From IMG/VR virus record IMGVR_UViG_3300028914_000001, positions 1 through 29,488 of that record: 29,488 nt of DNA. The stretch is one strand, 5' to 3'. Below, piece by piece: positions 1 through 8,392 of this stretch. The notes below the pieces were generated by a model. That model was given only the letters and a program-made list of their open reading frames with translations, was not told where the DNA came from and did not search any database. The DNA is from a virus. Lineage: Duplodnaviria > Heunggongvirae > Uroviricota > Caudoviricetes. The position numbers and the translations under genes are program-made. Within the stretch, counting starts at the first letter, position 1; each line of letters opens with the position of its first letter.

Positions 1-6
1 TCCGTT

Positions 7-185
7 GATGGCAGACCTTGGGTCTGCCATCTTTTTTGCCTCGCCCCGTGGTTTCAACATAGGTTATCACCCTCCGCCAGCGGCTGCCAGTCCCCTGCTG
101 CCTCGTTCCGCTGGTTGCTGGTAAGCAAAAGGTTACAATATTTTTTGCAATAAGCCTTGACAAAACAGTTTTAATTATCTATATT
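7..185 (+). repeat. Junction 1: terminator + site A + promoter
   Basis: Hairpin 7-31; site A 53-72 (core CATAGG); TTGACA 157, TATATT 180. Confidence 0.9.
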
Positions 186-214
186 CTATATGAACCTAAC
201 AACGAGGTATTGAA

Positions 215-397
215 ATGGGTTTAGATGAATTTGTGGCTGAGTGCCAAAAGGTTGATAGCCGTATCAAAGTGCAAAAGGTTTATGGGCATAAGGCGGTTGT
301 CATCGGTAATGATTATGTTGTGGTTGAGGGATATAACTTCCCGTATCAAGCCCACCTTATTACTACCCTGATGAAAGATAGCGGTTCGTTTGAATAG
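215..397 (+). CDS. Hypothetical protein, 60 aa
   Basis: AACGAGG SD before ATG, directly after promoter. Confidence 0.8.
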   Translation: MGLDEFVAECQKVDSRIKVQKVYGHKAVVIGNDYVVVEGYNFPYQAHLITTLMKDSGSFE

Positions 398-405
398 GGG
401 GTTAT

Positions 406-600
406 ATGGTGGATTGTGTTGTGCCAAAGGTGGTTACGGAGCCGTCATTTGAACGGAGCAAGGACTTTGACCAAAAGGCTTGGGATAAGAAGCACCGCTG
501 TAAGAAGTGCGGTAAGAAGACCTTTTACAAAGAGATAGCGGGCGGGTGGATTTGCTCAACTTGCTATCCTAAGCTGAAAGAGGAAGAGAAGACTCTTTAA
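406..600 (+). CDS. Small Zn-ribbon protein, 64 aa
   Basis: CKKC...CSTC; GGGGG SD; followed by terminator. Confidence 0.8.
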   Translation: MVDCVVPKVVTEPSFERSKDFDQKAWDKKHRCKKCGKKTFYKEIAGGWICSTCYPKLKEEEKTL

Positions 601-622
601 AAATTTGTTGTGCCGACTCCTA

Positions 623-795
623 GCCCCCTCGCAAGAGGGGGTTTCTCTTTGCCATGCCCGGAGTTCCAACATAGGTTATCACCCTATGCGAGCGGGAACA
701 GGGGCGGCTGCTACCACCCTATATTAAAAGGTGCGACGAGGGTTGCAAAAATTTTTATTGCTCCCCTTGACAAACTGAATTTAATTAACTATATT
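623..795 (+). repeat. Junction 2: terminator + site A + promoter
   Basis: GCAA-loop hairpin 623-642; site A 665-684 (CATAGG); TTGACA 767, TATATT 790. Confidence 0.9.
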
Positions 796-826
796 ATATA
801 TAGAAACAACAAAAGGAGTTGAAAAT

Positions 827-1189
827 ATGGCACAGAAACTTATCACAGCAGAAGTCAAGAAGTTCTTGAAGAAGCACCCTAGCGGTTCGCAAGACGGGCT
901 GAACGGCGAAGCAAAGGTCGCCTGCCGTCTGTTCTGCCCTTTCAGTCATGCATTGACATGGTATATCCTTGAAGGCTACGAGGATAACGAAAACATTGCT
1001 TACGGCTATGTTGTGAACAACTTGCACCCCGAGGATAGCGAATATGGCGATATCGACCTTGCTGAACTTGCCAAGCTGAGACAGTTCGGTTGCCCTGCCG
1101 TTGAACGAGACATTAGCATTAGCGTGGGAATGCCATTGGCCAAAGCCCTAGAAGTATCAAAAGACCCTAAACCTAGTTGGTGGGATTAA
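827..1189 (+). CDS. DUF2958-like protein
   Basis: LF.P....TWY..E.....AYG......E.G.I.L.EL......G.PAVERD pattern recognised from memory; AGGAG SD. Confidence 0.75.
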   Translation: MAQKLITAEVKKFLKKHPSGSQDGLNGEAKVACRLFCPFSHALTWYILEGYEDNENIAYGYVVNNLHPEDSEYGDIDLAELAKLRQFGCPAVERDISISVGMPLAKALEVSKDPKPSWWD

Positions 1190-1218
1190 AGAATTTGCTT
1201 AACTCCCTGATGAAGACC

Positions 1219-1389
1219 GCCCCCTTTACGGGGGCATTTTTTATTTCTTTCCGCTGGGCTTTCAACATGGGTTATCACCCTTGGATGTCTGGAGCTTCGA
1301 GGGCTGTCGCTCCGATGTCCGTGCTGTGGAAACAATGTTAAGATTTTTTATATTATTTTATTGACAAACTAGATTTAATTATGTATATT
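1219..1389 (+). repeat. Junction 3: terminator + site A + promoter
   Basis: Hairpin 1219-1235; site A 1261-1280 (CATGGG); TTGACA 1361, TATATT 1384. Confidence 0.9.
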
Positions 1390-1421
1390 GTTTATACAAC
1401 CCAAACAACGGAGTATAAAAA

Positions 1422-1793
1422 ATGCGTGTAAAGAAAATGGACAACGAAACACGGAAAAAATTTGAAACTTTCCGCAACCATATCAAAGAGGTTCTTTGCT
1501 ACCTCGTCTATGAATTTGGCTATGGCAATCGCCTTAAACAGAAGAGCGATATCATTCCAAAGGTAACGGAAAGCGTGTTCCGACCCAACAACTCTCACAA
1601 GACTGGAACGAAGTGGTCTCACGGTGACGCTACCTTGACTTACGGCTTGGACAACCACGGTGAGGAATACGCCACGCTTACAACAAGAGGGGTGGCGATA
1701 GATATACCTGTCCTCCCGGCTCGCAAGATGGCTAAGGCGATAGATGTATTCCTCGTGAAGTTCAATGAAGATAAGAGCAAGAAAAAGAACTAA
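1422..1793 (+). CDS. Hypothetical protein, 123 aa
   Basis: AACAACGGAG leader before ATG. Confidence 0.8.
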   Translation: MRVKKMDNETRKKFETFRNHIKEVLCYLVYEFGYGNRLKQKSDIIPKVTESVFRPNNSHKTGTKWSHGDATLTYGLDNHGEEYATLTTRGVAIDIPVLPARKMAKAIDVFLVKFNEDKSKKKN

Positions 1794-1796
1794 GTT

Positions 1797-2033
1797 ATGA
1801 TAGCATTAATAATCTTTTTTATCGCACTAGGCGTATGCGGTCTTGCCGCTATCATAGGTGCAATAATCATTTCAATAAAGAAGATGGCATATCAATGCAA
1901 GCACCAATGGAAAACGGTAAAGGACTTTACTATAACAAGAGGTGACCGAGTAGTAGGTCACCAATACATTCAGCAATGCGTTCACTGCGGAGCTGTTCAA
2001 GATGTAAAGTGCTACATTAACGACAATGATTAA
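1797..2033 (+). CDS. Membrane-anchored small Cys/His protein, 78 aa
   Basis: Hydrophobic N-terminus (aa 1-26); CKH...CVHC. Confidence 0.75.
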   Translation: MIALIIFFIALGVCGLAAIIGAIIISIKKMAYQCKHQWKTVKDFTITRGDRVVGHQYIQQCVHCGAVQDVKCYINDND

Positions 2034-2038
2034 CCATA

Positions 2039-2194
2039 GCCCCCTCGCAAGAGGGGGATTTCATTTGTGTTCCCCGGAGGTTCAACATAGGTTATCACCC
2101 TCAACCGTGGAACCCGGCGTCCCTGACCTCCTCCGCCCTCGTTCAAAAAAGTTGTTCATAACCCCTTGACAAACTAGATTTAATTATGTATATT
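2039..2194 (+). repeat. Junction 4: terminator + site A + promoter
   Basis: GCAA-loop hairpin 2039-2057; site A 2081-2100 (CATAGG); TTGACA 2166, TATATT 2189. Confidence 0.9.
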
Positions 2195-2225
2195 GTATAA
2201 GGAAACAACGAAAGGAGTTAAACCT

Positions 2226-2840
2226 ATGGCACATATCACTAAATACTCTCGCCAAAGAGAATCCTACATTAAGTCTCACTACTCTATGGAACACGCAAAG
2301 GCAATGAAAACGCCCCGTTCCTATGAGCAAAAGAACGGCAATGAACTGATTGAAACGGACTTTACCGACAAAGAACTTGCTGGGATTGACAAAATGGTTC
2401 GTGACACTTTGGGCAAAGATTACGAAGTAGTCTATTACAAGCAAGAAAGTCTGTGGCATGATGACTGCACAAAGAGCTATATTGTCTATGCAGTTATCCA
2501 TAAGGAATTGTTCAAGCGGTCTAAGGCTAAATACAATAAGAAGTTGCAAACATTCTGCTCTACTGATTCTAACCGCATTGTTATTCGCAATACTGCAAGC
2601 GGTTGCCGTTATTCTACCTGTGGATATATTTGGTTCACTTTTGAAAAGCATAGCAATAGCGACACTATTATGTATTCTGCTGATGATGTTGAAACATTCG
2701 GTCGCAAAGCAAAGTATAAAAAGCGTTGGGACACAATGGGTCATTTCTATTTGGTCTCTGAAATCTTGTTTAAGAATTATTTGAGTAGTGCAAAGGGCGG
2801 CATTGAAAAAGTCAAGGCGTTCTTTGAAAAATTCCTTTAA
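2226..2840 (+). CDS. Hypothetical basic protein, 204 aa
   Basis: Start moved to ATG 2226 after AAGGAG; the ORF-track start 2193 lies in the -10 box. Confidence 0.8.
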   Translation: MAHITKYSRQRESYIKSHYSMEHAKAMKTPRSYEQKNGNELIETDFTDKELAGIDKMVRDTLGKDYEVVYYKQESLWHDDCTKSYIVYAVIHKELFKRSKAKYNKKLQTFCSTDSNRIVIRNTASGCRYSTCGYIWFTFEKHSNSDTIMYSADDVETFGRKAKYKKRWDTMGHFYLVSEILFKNYLSSAKGGIEKVKAFFEKFL

Positions 2841-2901
2841 AAGAGTGGGGAGGTTTTCACTGAAACCCATCAAACCTTAAACACCCTAACCAAACTACTC
2901 T

Positions 2902-3077
2902 CACCGCCGAATGGCGGTGTTCTTTTTTTATTTCCCCCCGATATCCAACATAGGTTATCACCCTTTACCCTTCGCACGCCGTCCCATTCGGGTTGGGTTA
3001 ATCCATAGTCTGTAACCGAAGCTTTACACAAATACTGATTAAGCCCTATTGACAAAATGGATTTAATTATGTATATT
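2902..3077 (+). repeat. Junction 5: terminator + site A + site B + promoter
   Basis: Hairpin 2902-2919; site A 2944-2963 (CATAGG); site B 3011-3028; TTGACA 3049, TATATT 3072. Confidence 0.9.
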
Positions 3078-3104
3078 ATGAATACATAAACGAGAGGTAG
3101 CACA

Positions 3105-3419
3105 ATGGCTAAAATCAAAGTTAGTAGCAAGTCGCTTGCAAAGTTCAAATCAAAGAACATCGTCAAGATAGCAACGGATTTCGTCAAGGGGTCTATTGAA
3201 ATGGGCAAGGTCAGGAACGCAATTCAGGCTACCCTAGACCAGCACCCTGAACTCACAGACTACAACGAGGTCATAGCCGCAAGGATATTGGCACAGAGTC
3301 TGCTCTACACTATCTTCGGTAACAAGAACCTCATCTTGTGGAAAGATAGCGTAAGCCGTTCTGAAATGGCTAAGATGCGTAAGTGTTCTGTTGATATGTT
3401 CTACAACTATCGCAAGTAA
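3105..3419 (+). CDS. Hypothetical basic protein, 104 aa
   Basis: GAGG SD after promoter. Confidence 0.8.
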   Translation: MAKIKVSSKSLAKFKSKNIVKIATDFVKGSIEMGKVRNAIQATLDQHPELTDYNEVIAARILAQSLLYTIFGNKNLILWKDSVSRSEMAKMRKCSVDMFYNYRK

Positions 3420-3478
3420 AAGCGTGGTAATGCGGTTTAACAACAATGCCTTAAACACCCAAACTCTACCGCATTACA

Positions 3479-3648
3479 GCCCTCGTCGAACGACGAGGGT
3501 TTTTCTTTTTTCGTCGCCATGGGTTTCAACATAGGTTATCACCCTTCTGCTGTGGAGTCGAGCGTCGGTCATCGAGTGGTTTGTAACCAAATGTTTACAC
3601 AAATAGTGGTTAAAACCTATTGACAAATTGAATTTAATTAGCTATATT
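3479..3648 (+). repeat. Junction 6: terminator + site A + site B + promoter
   Basis: Hairpin 3479-3500; site A 3525-3544 (CATAGG); site B 3582-3599; TTGACA 3620, TATATT 3643. Confidence 0.9.
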
Positions 3649-3674
3649 ATAAATACATTATAGGAGTAATTGTT

Positions 3675-3935
3675 ATGGCAGAAATCTTTTTAGAAGTCAA
3701 GAAAGACATGCAGTTTACTGCAAATGACTTTGCGAACTACCTTTGCAAAGTGATTATGAACCACCTTGAAAAAAAGGTCTGCGGTTTGACCGGGAATTAT
3801 GAATGGGAAGATGGTTCTAACGCCCAGTTGGTCTTCAAGCTCAACATTAGCCGTGAAGAGGCTGATGAGCTGGTAAGCACTATCAACGATGAGTGCGAAG
3901 ACTACGGAACATGGTTCCTCGCTGATGAACAGTAG
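3675..3935 (+). CDS. Acidic hypothetical protein, 86 aa
   Basis: AGGAG SD; single-gene module. Confidence 0.8.
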   Translation: MAEIFLEVKKDMQFTANDFANYLCKVIMNHLEKKVCGLTGNYEWEDGSNAQLVFKLNISREEADELVSTINDECEDYGTWFLADEQ

Positions 3936-3952
3936 GGCATGACCCTAGTTGC

Positions 3953-4107
3953 AAGCCCCCTCGCAAGAGGGGGCTTTACTCGTGTTGCAAGCCAGTTTCA
4001 ACATAGGTTATCACCCTCTGCCGCTGGAACCCGGCGACGCACGAGCTTTCCAGAAATAATTTTTTGCTGAATTAGGGCTTGACAAATTGAATTTAATTAG
4101 GTATATT
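3953..4107 (+). repeat. Junction 7: terminator + site A + promoter
   Basis: GCAA-loop hairpin 3953-3976; site A 3997-4016 (CATAGG); TTGACA 4079, TATATT 4102. Confidence 0.9.
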
Positions 4108-4143
4108 TTGAATACAGCAAAAAAACATAAGGGAGAAGCAAAT

Positions 4144-4431
4144 ATGATAGATGCAACACAAGAAACTTACGACAAGCTTTCCGATGAAATCAAGGGAAAG
4201 ATTAAGCAAGTCGAAGAGCAGGGTTTAACCCGTGTTGAAGTTGAAGTCCAATTCAAGGGTGAAGATTCTACTGAAACACAAACCATTGCTATAATGGGCG
4301 ATTATGACCCTGATAATCCACCCAAAGACGATGACAACATTTTTTATTACTGTGATAGTATTCGAGACTTGATTGGGTTGTTCGACCCAGAGGGTTGCGG
4401 CGACTTTTACATAACGGATATTTACCTATAA
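4144..4431 (+). CDS. Acidic hypothetical protein, 95 aa
   Basis: Start moved to ATG 4144 after GGGAG; the ORF-track start lies inside the promoter. Confidence 0.8.
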   Translation: MIDATQETYDKLSDEIKGKIKQVEEQGLTRVEVEVQFKGEDSTETQTIAIMGDYDPDNPPKDDDNIFYYCDSIRDLIGLFDPEGCGDFYITDIYL

Positions 4432-4447
4432 GCCATACAACTTCGTA

Positions 4448-4615
4448 GCCCCCTCGCATGAGGGGGTTTCTCTTTGCCATGCCCGGAGTTCCAACATAGG
4501 TTATCACCCCATGCCCGTGGCGGCGTCGAGACCTCCGGGTGTTTACCGTGTTTACAAAACTTTACATAAAATTTTTGTTGTAACCCTTGACTAACTAGAT
4601 TTAATTAAGTATATT
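4448..4615 (+). repeat. Junction 8: terminator + site A + promoter
   Basis: Hairpin 4448-4467; site A 4490-4509 (CATAGG); TTGACT 4587, TATATT 4610. Confidence 0.9.
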
Positions 4616-4641
4616 TATAGCATAAAACGGAGGTTAAACCA

Positions 4642-5175
4642 ATGGCACAGAAAAAAGAAAAAGTCACTGAATGGGTCGCACTTGAAACCAACAGAGATGT
4701 ATCCTACGAAGAATACAAAGAGAACTGCGAAGCCAATGAAAGAGAACCGCAAGAAGAGGGTTCGGACGACTATTGGAACTATGTAAATGATACCCTGCAA
4801 CTTGAACACGACGACTTTAAGGGCAACATGAAGCATAGCAAGTTGTTCCCAATGGTGGCTTGGGGCTATGATGACCTTTGGAATGGGCAACGCTATGGCG
4901 GCAAGGTCTTGAAGAGCGTGAATGACCTGCTCGGTCTGTTCAGTTCGTGCGACAACATCAAGATATGGCAAGACAAAGATGGTATGCATATCAATGGCTA
5001 CCACCATGACGGAACCAACCATGCTGATATAAAAATTATCAATAAGCGTGGGCAAGAATGGCTTGCAAAACACGAAGAAGAATATCAATATGACCCCTCG
5101 GGCTTGGCTAAACAGTTGTTCCAACCCTGCTTTTCTCGCTCGTTCCCAATGGGGCATAAAAACTACCTTTTCTAA
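4642..5175 (+). CDS. Phage hypothetical protein with HHDGTN motif, 177 aa
   Basis: GGAGG SD; LWNG...HHDGTN pattern recalled from uncharacterised phage proteins. Confidence 0.8.
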   Translation: MAQKKEKVTEWVALETNRDVSYEEYKENCEANEREPQEEGSDDYWNYVNDTLQLEHDDFKGNMKHSKLFPMVAWGYDDLWNGQRYGGKVLKSVNDLLGLFSSCDNIKIWQDKDGMHINGYHHDGTNHADIKIINKRGQEWLAKHEEEYQYDPSGLAKQLFQPCFSRSFPMGHKNYLF

Positions 5176-5187
5176 CCCCTCGTTGTT

Positions 5188-5346
5188 ATCCCCCATCCGC
5201 AAGGGTGGGGGATTTATTTTTTGTTTTCCCCCGATATCCAACATAGGTTATCACCCTTCTGCCGCTGGAACCAGGGGAAGTCGGGGTTCACCAGGATTTA
5301 ATTTTTTATATTTTTTCTTGACAAACTGAATTTAATTAAGTATATT
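5188..5346 (+). repeat. Junction 9: terminator + site A + promoter
   Basis: GCAA-loop hairpin 5188-5213; site A 5237-5256 (CATAGG); TTGACA 5318, TATATT 5341. Confidence 0.9.
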
Positions 5347-5378
5347 TATTATAGCAACATAAAACAACGAGGTAATAA

Positions 5379-5777
5379 ATGTTTGCTAGTAACAAGAAAG
5401 TAGATATCAAGCTCCCAAGCGGTGTAGATTTTACCGTCTGTGCCGAGGATTGGGAAGATGCTTCTGCGGCAATTTGCTGTGAGCTTCTGACTGACGAAGA
5501 TATAGAGGATATTGCCAATAAGCTGAAAGTCCAAGCTGATGCTAACCCTTACTGGGATAAAGCTGATGACTTTGATACCAATAACGAGCTGAATGGCGAC
5601 CAAATGGACGAGCTTTGGCGTGATTACGAGAACATCACCATAGCTCATAAGGTGTTCTACTTCGAGGATATGACCGAAGCCGAATACGCTAAGTATAACG
5701 CCTTGTGCGAAGCCAATGACGAAACCGGGGTTAAAACCCTTTGTGAACAGGTTTACAACAGAATTAAGGGGAAATAA
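5379..5777 (+). CDS. Acidic hypothetical protein, 132 aa
   Basis: AACAACGAGG leader. Confidence 0.8.
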   Translation: MFASNKKVDIKLPSGVDFTVCAEDWEDASAAICCELLTDEDIEDIANKLKVQADANPYWDKADDFDTNNELNGDQMDELWRDYENITIAHKVFYFEDMTEAEYAKYNALCEANDETGVKTLCEQVYNRIKGK

Positions 5778-5778
5778 A

Positions 5779-6006
5779 ATGAAAAGTGGCGAATACTACT
5801 ATTACAAAGTAGATGTAATGTCTAGGTCTCACGGCTATTCCTTTATGGTGCGTTGCAAAGACGAGCTGTCCGATGAAGAGGTAATTAGCCGAGCAAGCAA
5901 GGCAGATTGCTTTGAAGATGAAGCCGACACTGATAACGCTTATGTTGATAGCTACCTTGTAGATAGCGATATTAGGGCGTTCAAGGACTGCACAACTACT
6001 GTGTAG
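5779..6006 (+). CDS. Acidic hypothetical protein, 75 aa
   Basis: ATG 5779 after AAGGGG, coupled to the upstream stop codon. Confidence 0.75.
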   Translation: MKSGEYYYYKVDVMSRSHGYSFMVRCKDELSDEEVISRASKADCFEDEADTDNAYVDSYLVDSDIRAFKDCTTTV

Positions 6007-6015
6007 GGGTTTACT

Positions 6016-6354
6016 ATGGCAGAAATAGAGTTGAAAGACACTGAAACCGAATTTAGCTATGGTGATTCGCAAGACTTGGGCAAAGGTAAGCATAGGCAAC
6101 CTATTATATATAGAGGCAAAGAAATAGGCTATTTGGTTTCTGTTGATAAAAACTGGCTTGCTCCCGTTGAAGAAACTTATATCTTGCCCGATGTAGAATA
6201 CGGAATGAAACCAAGTGAGGGTGGTGGCTTACTTGACGGCAAAAAGGGCTGGATAGAGTTTAAAGTATTCAAAACCTATGATGAAGCATTTAGATATGCT
6301 TCCCAAAACTTTGACGAGCTTGCATATTTGTTTGAATATGGAGATTATGATTAA
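6016..6354 (+). CDS. Hypothetical protein, 112 aa
   Basis: TAGGGG SD overlapping the upstream stop. Confidence 0.8.
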   Translation: MAEIELKDTETEFSYGDSQDLGKGKHRQPIIYRGKEIGYLVSVDKNWLAPVEETYILPDVEYGMKPSEGGGLLDGKKGWIEFKVFKTYDEAFRYASQNFDELAYLFEYGDYD

Positions 6355-6378
6355 ACCACAACATAAGGGGGAATAAAA

Positions 6379-6591
6379 ATGGACAAGTGCATTAGCGAAT
6401 TGGAAGTATGCGTTGCCGTTGAGAACGGCAGGGCTGACTATCCGTGGTCGTTCCTACATACTGACGGCTCGGTTGCAAACGATAACGAGGAAGTTCCTTT
6501 TATGCCGAGGGAAACTGCTGAAAAGGTTGTTGAAAAATACAATGAAAGCTGTGGTGATAACCTCGCTAAAATCTTTTACGAAATTCCTTAA
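6379..6591 (+). CDS. Acidic hypothetical protein, 70 aa
   Basis: AAGGGGG SD; ends before terminator. Confidence 0.75.
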   Translation: MDKCISELEVCVAVENGRADYPWSFLHTDGSVANDNEEVPFMPRETAEKVVEKYNESCGDNLAKIFYEIP

Positions 6592-6596
6592 TAACA

Positions 6597-6764
6597 GCCC
6601 CTCGCAAGAGGGGTTTTCATTTGGCTTCCCCTGAGTTTCAACATAGGTTATCACCCCTCAACCTTCTGCCCGCAGGCGGAGGCTGCTCCGCCAGCCTCGC
6701 TAACAAAAGTTTACACAAAAAGTTCTATATACCTATTGCCTAATTAGATTTAATTAGCTATATT
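6597..6764 (+). repeat. Junction 10: terminator + site A + promoter
   Basis: GCAA-loop hairpin 6597-6615; site A 6637-6656 (CATAGG); TTGCCT 6736, TATATT 6759. Confidence 0.9.
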
Positions 6765-6791
6765 TATATCATAACAACAACGAGGTATCTT

Positions 6792-7175
6792 ATGAGCAAA
6801 GAAGTTGAGTTTGTAGAGAAAGCGAAAGCTATCTTGTCTAACGCTTGCAAGGACTCTATTGCAAGAGTCAAAGAGGGAAATACCATTACCATAGATGACC
6901 GCTTCAAGTATGATTATGGCGATTTCCACAAGTGGCGTGCTGGTGATGAATTTAGAGTAGAGCATATCAAAAAGACTCCGTATATGACGGTTCTCTATTG
7001 CGTTGCGACCAAAGCTACACCTGATGAGGGCGGTTCTGCAAGGGGCGAAGTTGGGGCACAAGTCGAGTTCGACGACAAGATGAACCTGTTTAACTACTTG
7101 CGTTGCAAGGGCGACCTTACAGCCGTTCAAAATCTTCGTCAGTTGTGCCGGGATTATCTTAACGGTATTTTGTAG
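6792..7175 (+). CDS. Hypothetical protein, 127 aa
   Basis: AACAACGAGG leader. Confidence 0.8.
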   Translation: MSKEVEFVEKAKAILSNACKDSIARVKEGNTITIDDRFKYDYGDFHKWRAGDEFRVEHIKKTPYMTVLYCVATKATPDEGGSARGEVGAQVEFDDKMNLFNYLRCKGDLTAVQNLRQLCRDYLNGIL

Positions 7176-7183
7176 GGGGATAT

Positions 7184-7423
7184 ATGGAATTGAAAAAAGG
7201 AACTATCCTAGTAGCAAAGAACTATATCAAGTGTTATGTTCCCTCGTATCAGTTTGAGGTGGGAACAGAATTTGTTTATCTGTTTTCGTATCAGGGTTGC
7301 TATATGGTGCAGAGAAGTTGTAATGGAAAAGTCTATGATAGCGGTAATCTGTTGCCTGAACATAGCGGAGAGGCTGGCTGTCTGCTTGCAGTAAAACCCT
7401 GCGATGTGGAGAGAAAGAAATGA
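7184..7423 (+). CDS. Hypothetical protein, 79 aa
   Basis: TAGGGGG SD. Confidence 0.75.
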   Translation: MELKKGTILVAKNYIKCYVPSYQFEVGTEFVYLFSYQGCYMVQRSCNGKVYDSGNLLPEHSGEAGCLLAVKPCDVERKK

Positions 7424-7677
7424 AAATATTTTTTATTTTATTTGTCGCTCTGTTGGTTGCGTGTTCTGAAAACGGAACTTCTGCACCGAACGAAATCTGC
7501 TATGACAAAAAAATCGGTTATGAAGATTTTGGAAACCCGATGTATAAGCCATATAAAGACCAATGGCTTGACGGAGCCTGTGAACAATTTTTTGAAGGAA
7601 CTACTGATTGCATAAAGTATAATTATGACTTTCGGATTACGGTTCGTGATTGTATGGAAAATGTTGAATTTCACTAA
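7420..7677 (+). CDS. Putative lipoprotein, 85 aa
   Basis: MK + hydrophobic stretch + LVAC lipobox-like site; ATGA overlap with upstream stop. Confidence 0.75.
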   Translation: MKIFFILFVALLVACSENGTSAPNEICYDKKIGYEDFGNPMYKPYKDQWLDGACEQFFEGTTDCIKYNYDFRITVRDCMENVEFH

Positions 7678-7689
7678 AAGGAGATAACC

Positions 7690-7860
7690 GCCCCGAAAGG
7701 GGCATTTCTTTTTGGCAGAGCTGGATATCCAACTTGGGTTATCACCCTTTACCCTTCGCACGCCGTCCCATTCAGATTTCCGCCCGGTTTTGACGACAGA
7801 CTTTTTTTCAAAAAAAGTTGAAAAGCGGTTTACATTTTTATTTCTCAAAACGATATATAA
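7690..7860 (+). repeat. Junction 11: terminator + site A, consensus promoter absent
   Basis: GAAA-loop hairpin 7690-7703; site A 7728-7747 (CTTGGG); only a degenerate TTTACA 7829 / GATATA 7852. Confidence 0.85.
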
Positions 7861-7900
7861 GTATAGAGATGAATGTTTAACCCTCAACAAAGGAGTAGAT

Positions 7901-8179
7901 ATGGGTAACATTATCAAGGTGGACTTCAAGGCTATTAAGATTAACAATATCAAAAAGAGTCAGCTTAAACACCTTATGGAGTATCTTCCTGAACTCAAAG
8001 AGAGGCACAAGAAGCTCAAAGAGCTTCACGCACCGAAGTCTATCATTGATGGCGACGTGCGTCTTATCTACGCTTGCACGCACCGTCTTGACCGTCTCAA
8101 AGCGTGGTGGTATCAGCAGATGACTCCCGAAGAGAAGCTCTTGCGTGCCATCTTCTGCCCCGAGACCATTGGCATGTAG
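7901..8179 (+). CDS. Hypothetical basic protein, 92 aa
   Basis: ATG 7901 after AAGGAG; the ORF-track extension from 7712 runs through the junction. Confidence 0.8.
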   Translation: MGNIIKVDFKAIKINNIKKSQLKHLMEYLPELKERHKKLKELHAPKSIIDGDVRLIYACTHRLDRLKAWWYQQMTPEEKLLRAIFCPETIGM

Positions 8180-8186
8180 ATGACCT

Positions 8187-8364
8187 AGCCCCCTTTCGTC
8201 GAGGGGGCTTTAACACGCCACGGCTAGAAATTCAACTTAGGTTATCACCCTTCTGCCGCTGGAGGCGTGCGTCGGTCGAGCGTCAGTCATCGTGTAATGT
8301 AATCGAAAGTTTACACAAAAAGTGGCATATACCTATTGCCTAATTAGATTTAATTAACTATATT
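8187..8364 (+). repeat. Junction 12: terminator + site A + site B + promoter
   Basis: Hairpin 8187-8209; site A 8231-8250 (CTTAGG); site B 8298-8315; TTGCCT 8336, TATATT 8359. Confidence 0.9.
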
Positions 8365-8392
8365 TATATAGTAACCAAACAAGGGGTAACAC

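Noticed and set aside
53-72. Site A as a canonical dif/pdif site
   Set aside because: The bottom strand CTATGTTGAAA resembles the XerD arm TTATGTTAAAT only in the CATAGG class, and in that register the XerC arm falls on unconserved sequence. All sites are direct repeats, unlike alternating pdif modules. Only the general arm-spacer-arm geometry is retained as a hypothesis.
64-72. TTATCACCC as a DnaA box, iteron or lambda operator half-site
   Set aside because: It does not match TTATNCACA, the copies are dispersed rather than clustered at an origin, and there is no symmetric TATCACC partner as in lambda operators.
2184-2873. 229-aa minus-strand ORF
   Set aside because: It is a shadow of the + strand gene 2226..2840, has no minus-strand module promoter and has an implausible composition.
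610-8343. ORF-track ORFs or extensions spanning junctions (610..822, 5048..5329, 7712 start, 8104..8343 and similar)
   Set aside because: They translate terminator, site A and promoter DNA (recurring LGYHP/RLSP peptides) and lack an SD. They are artefacts of the repeat.
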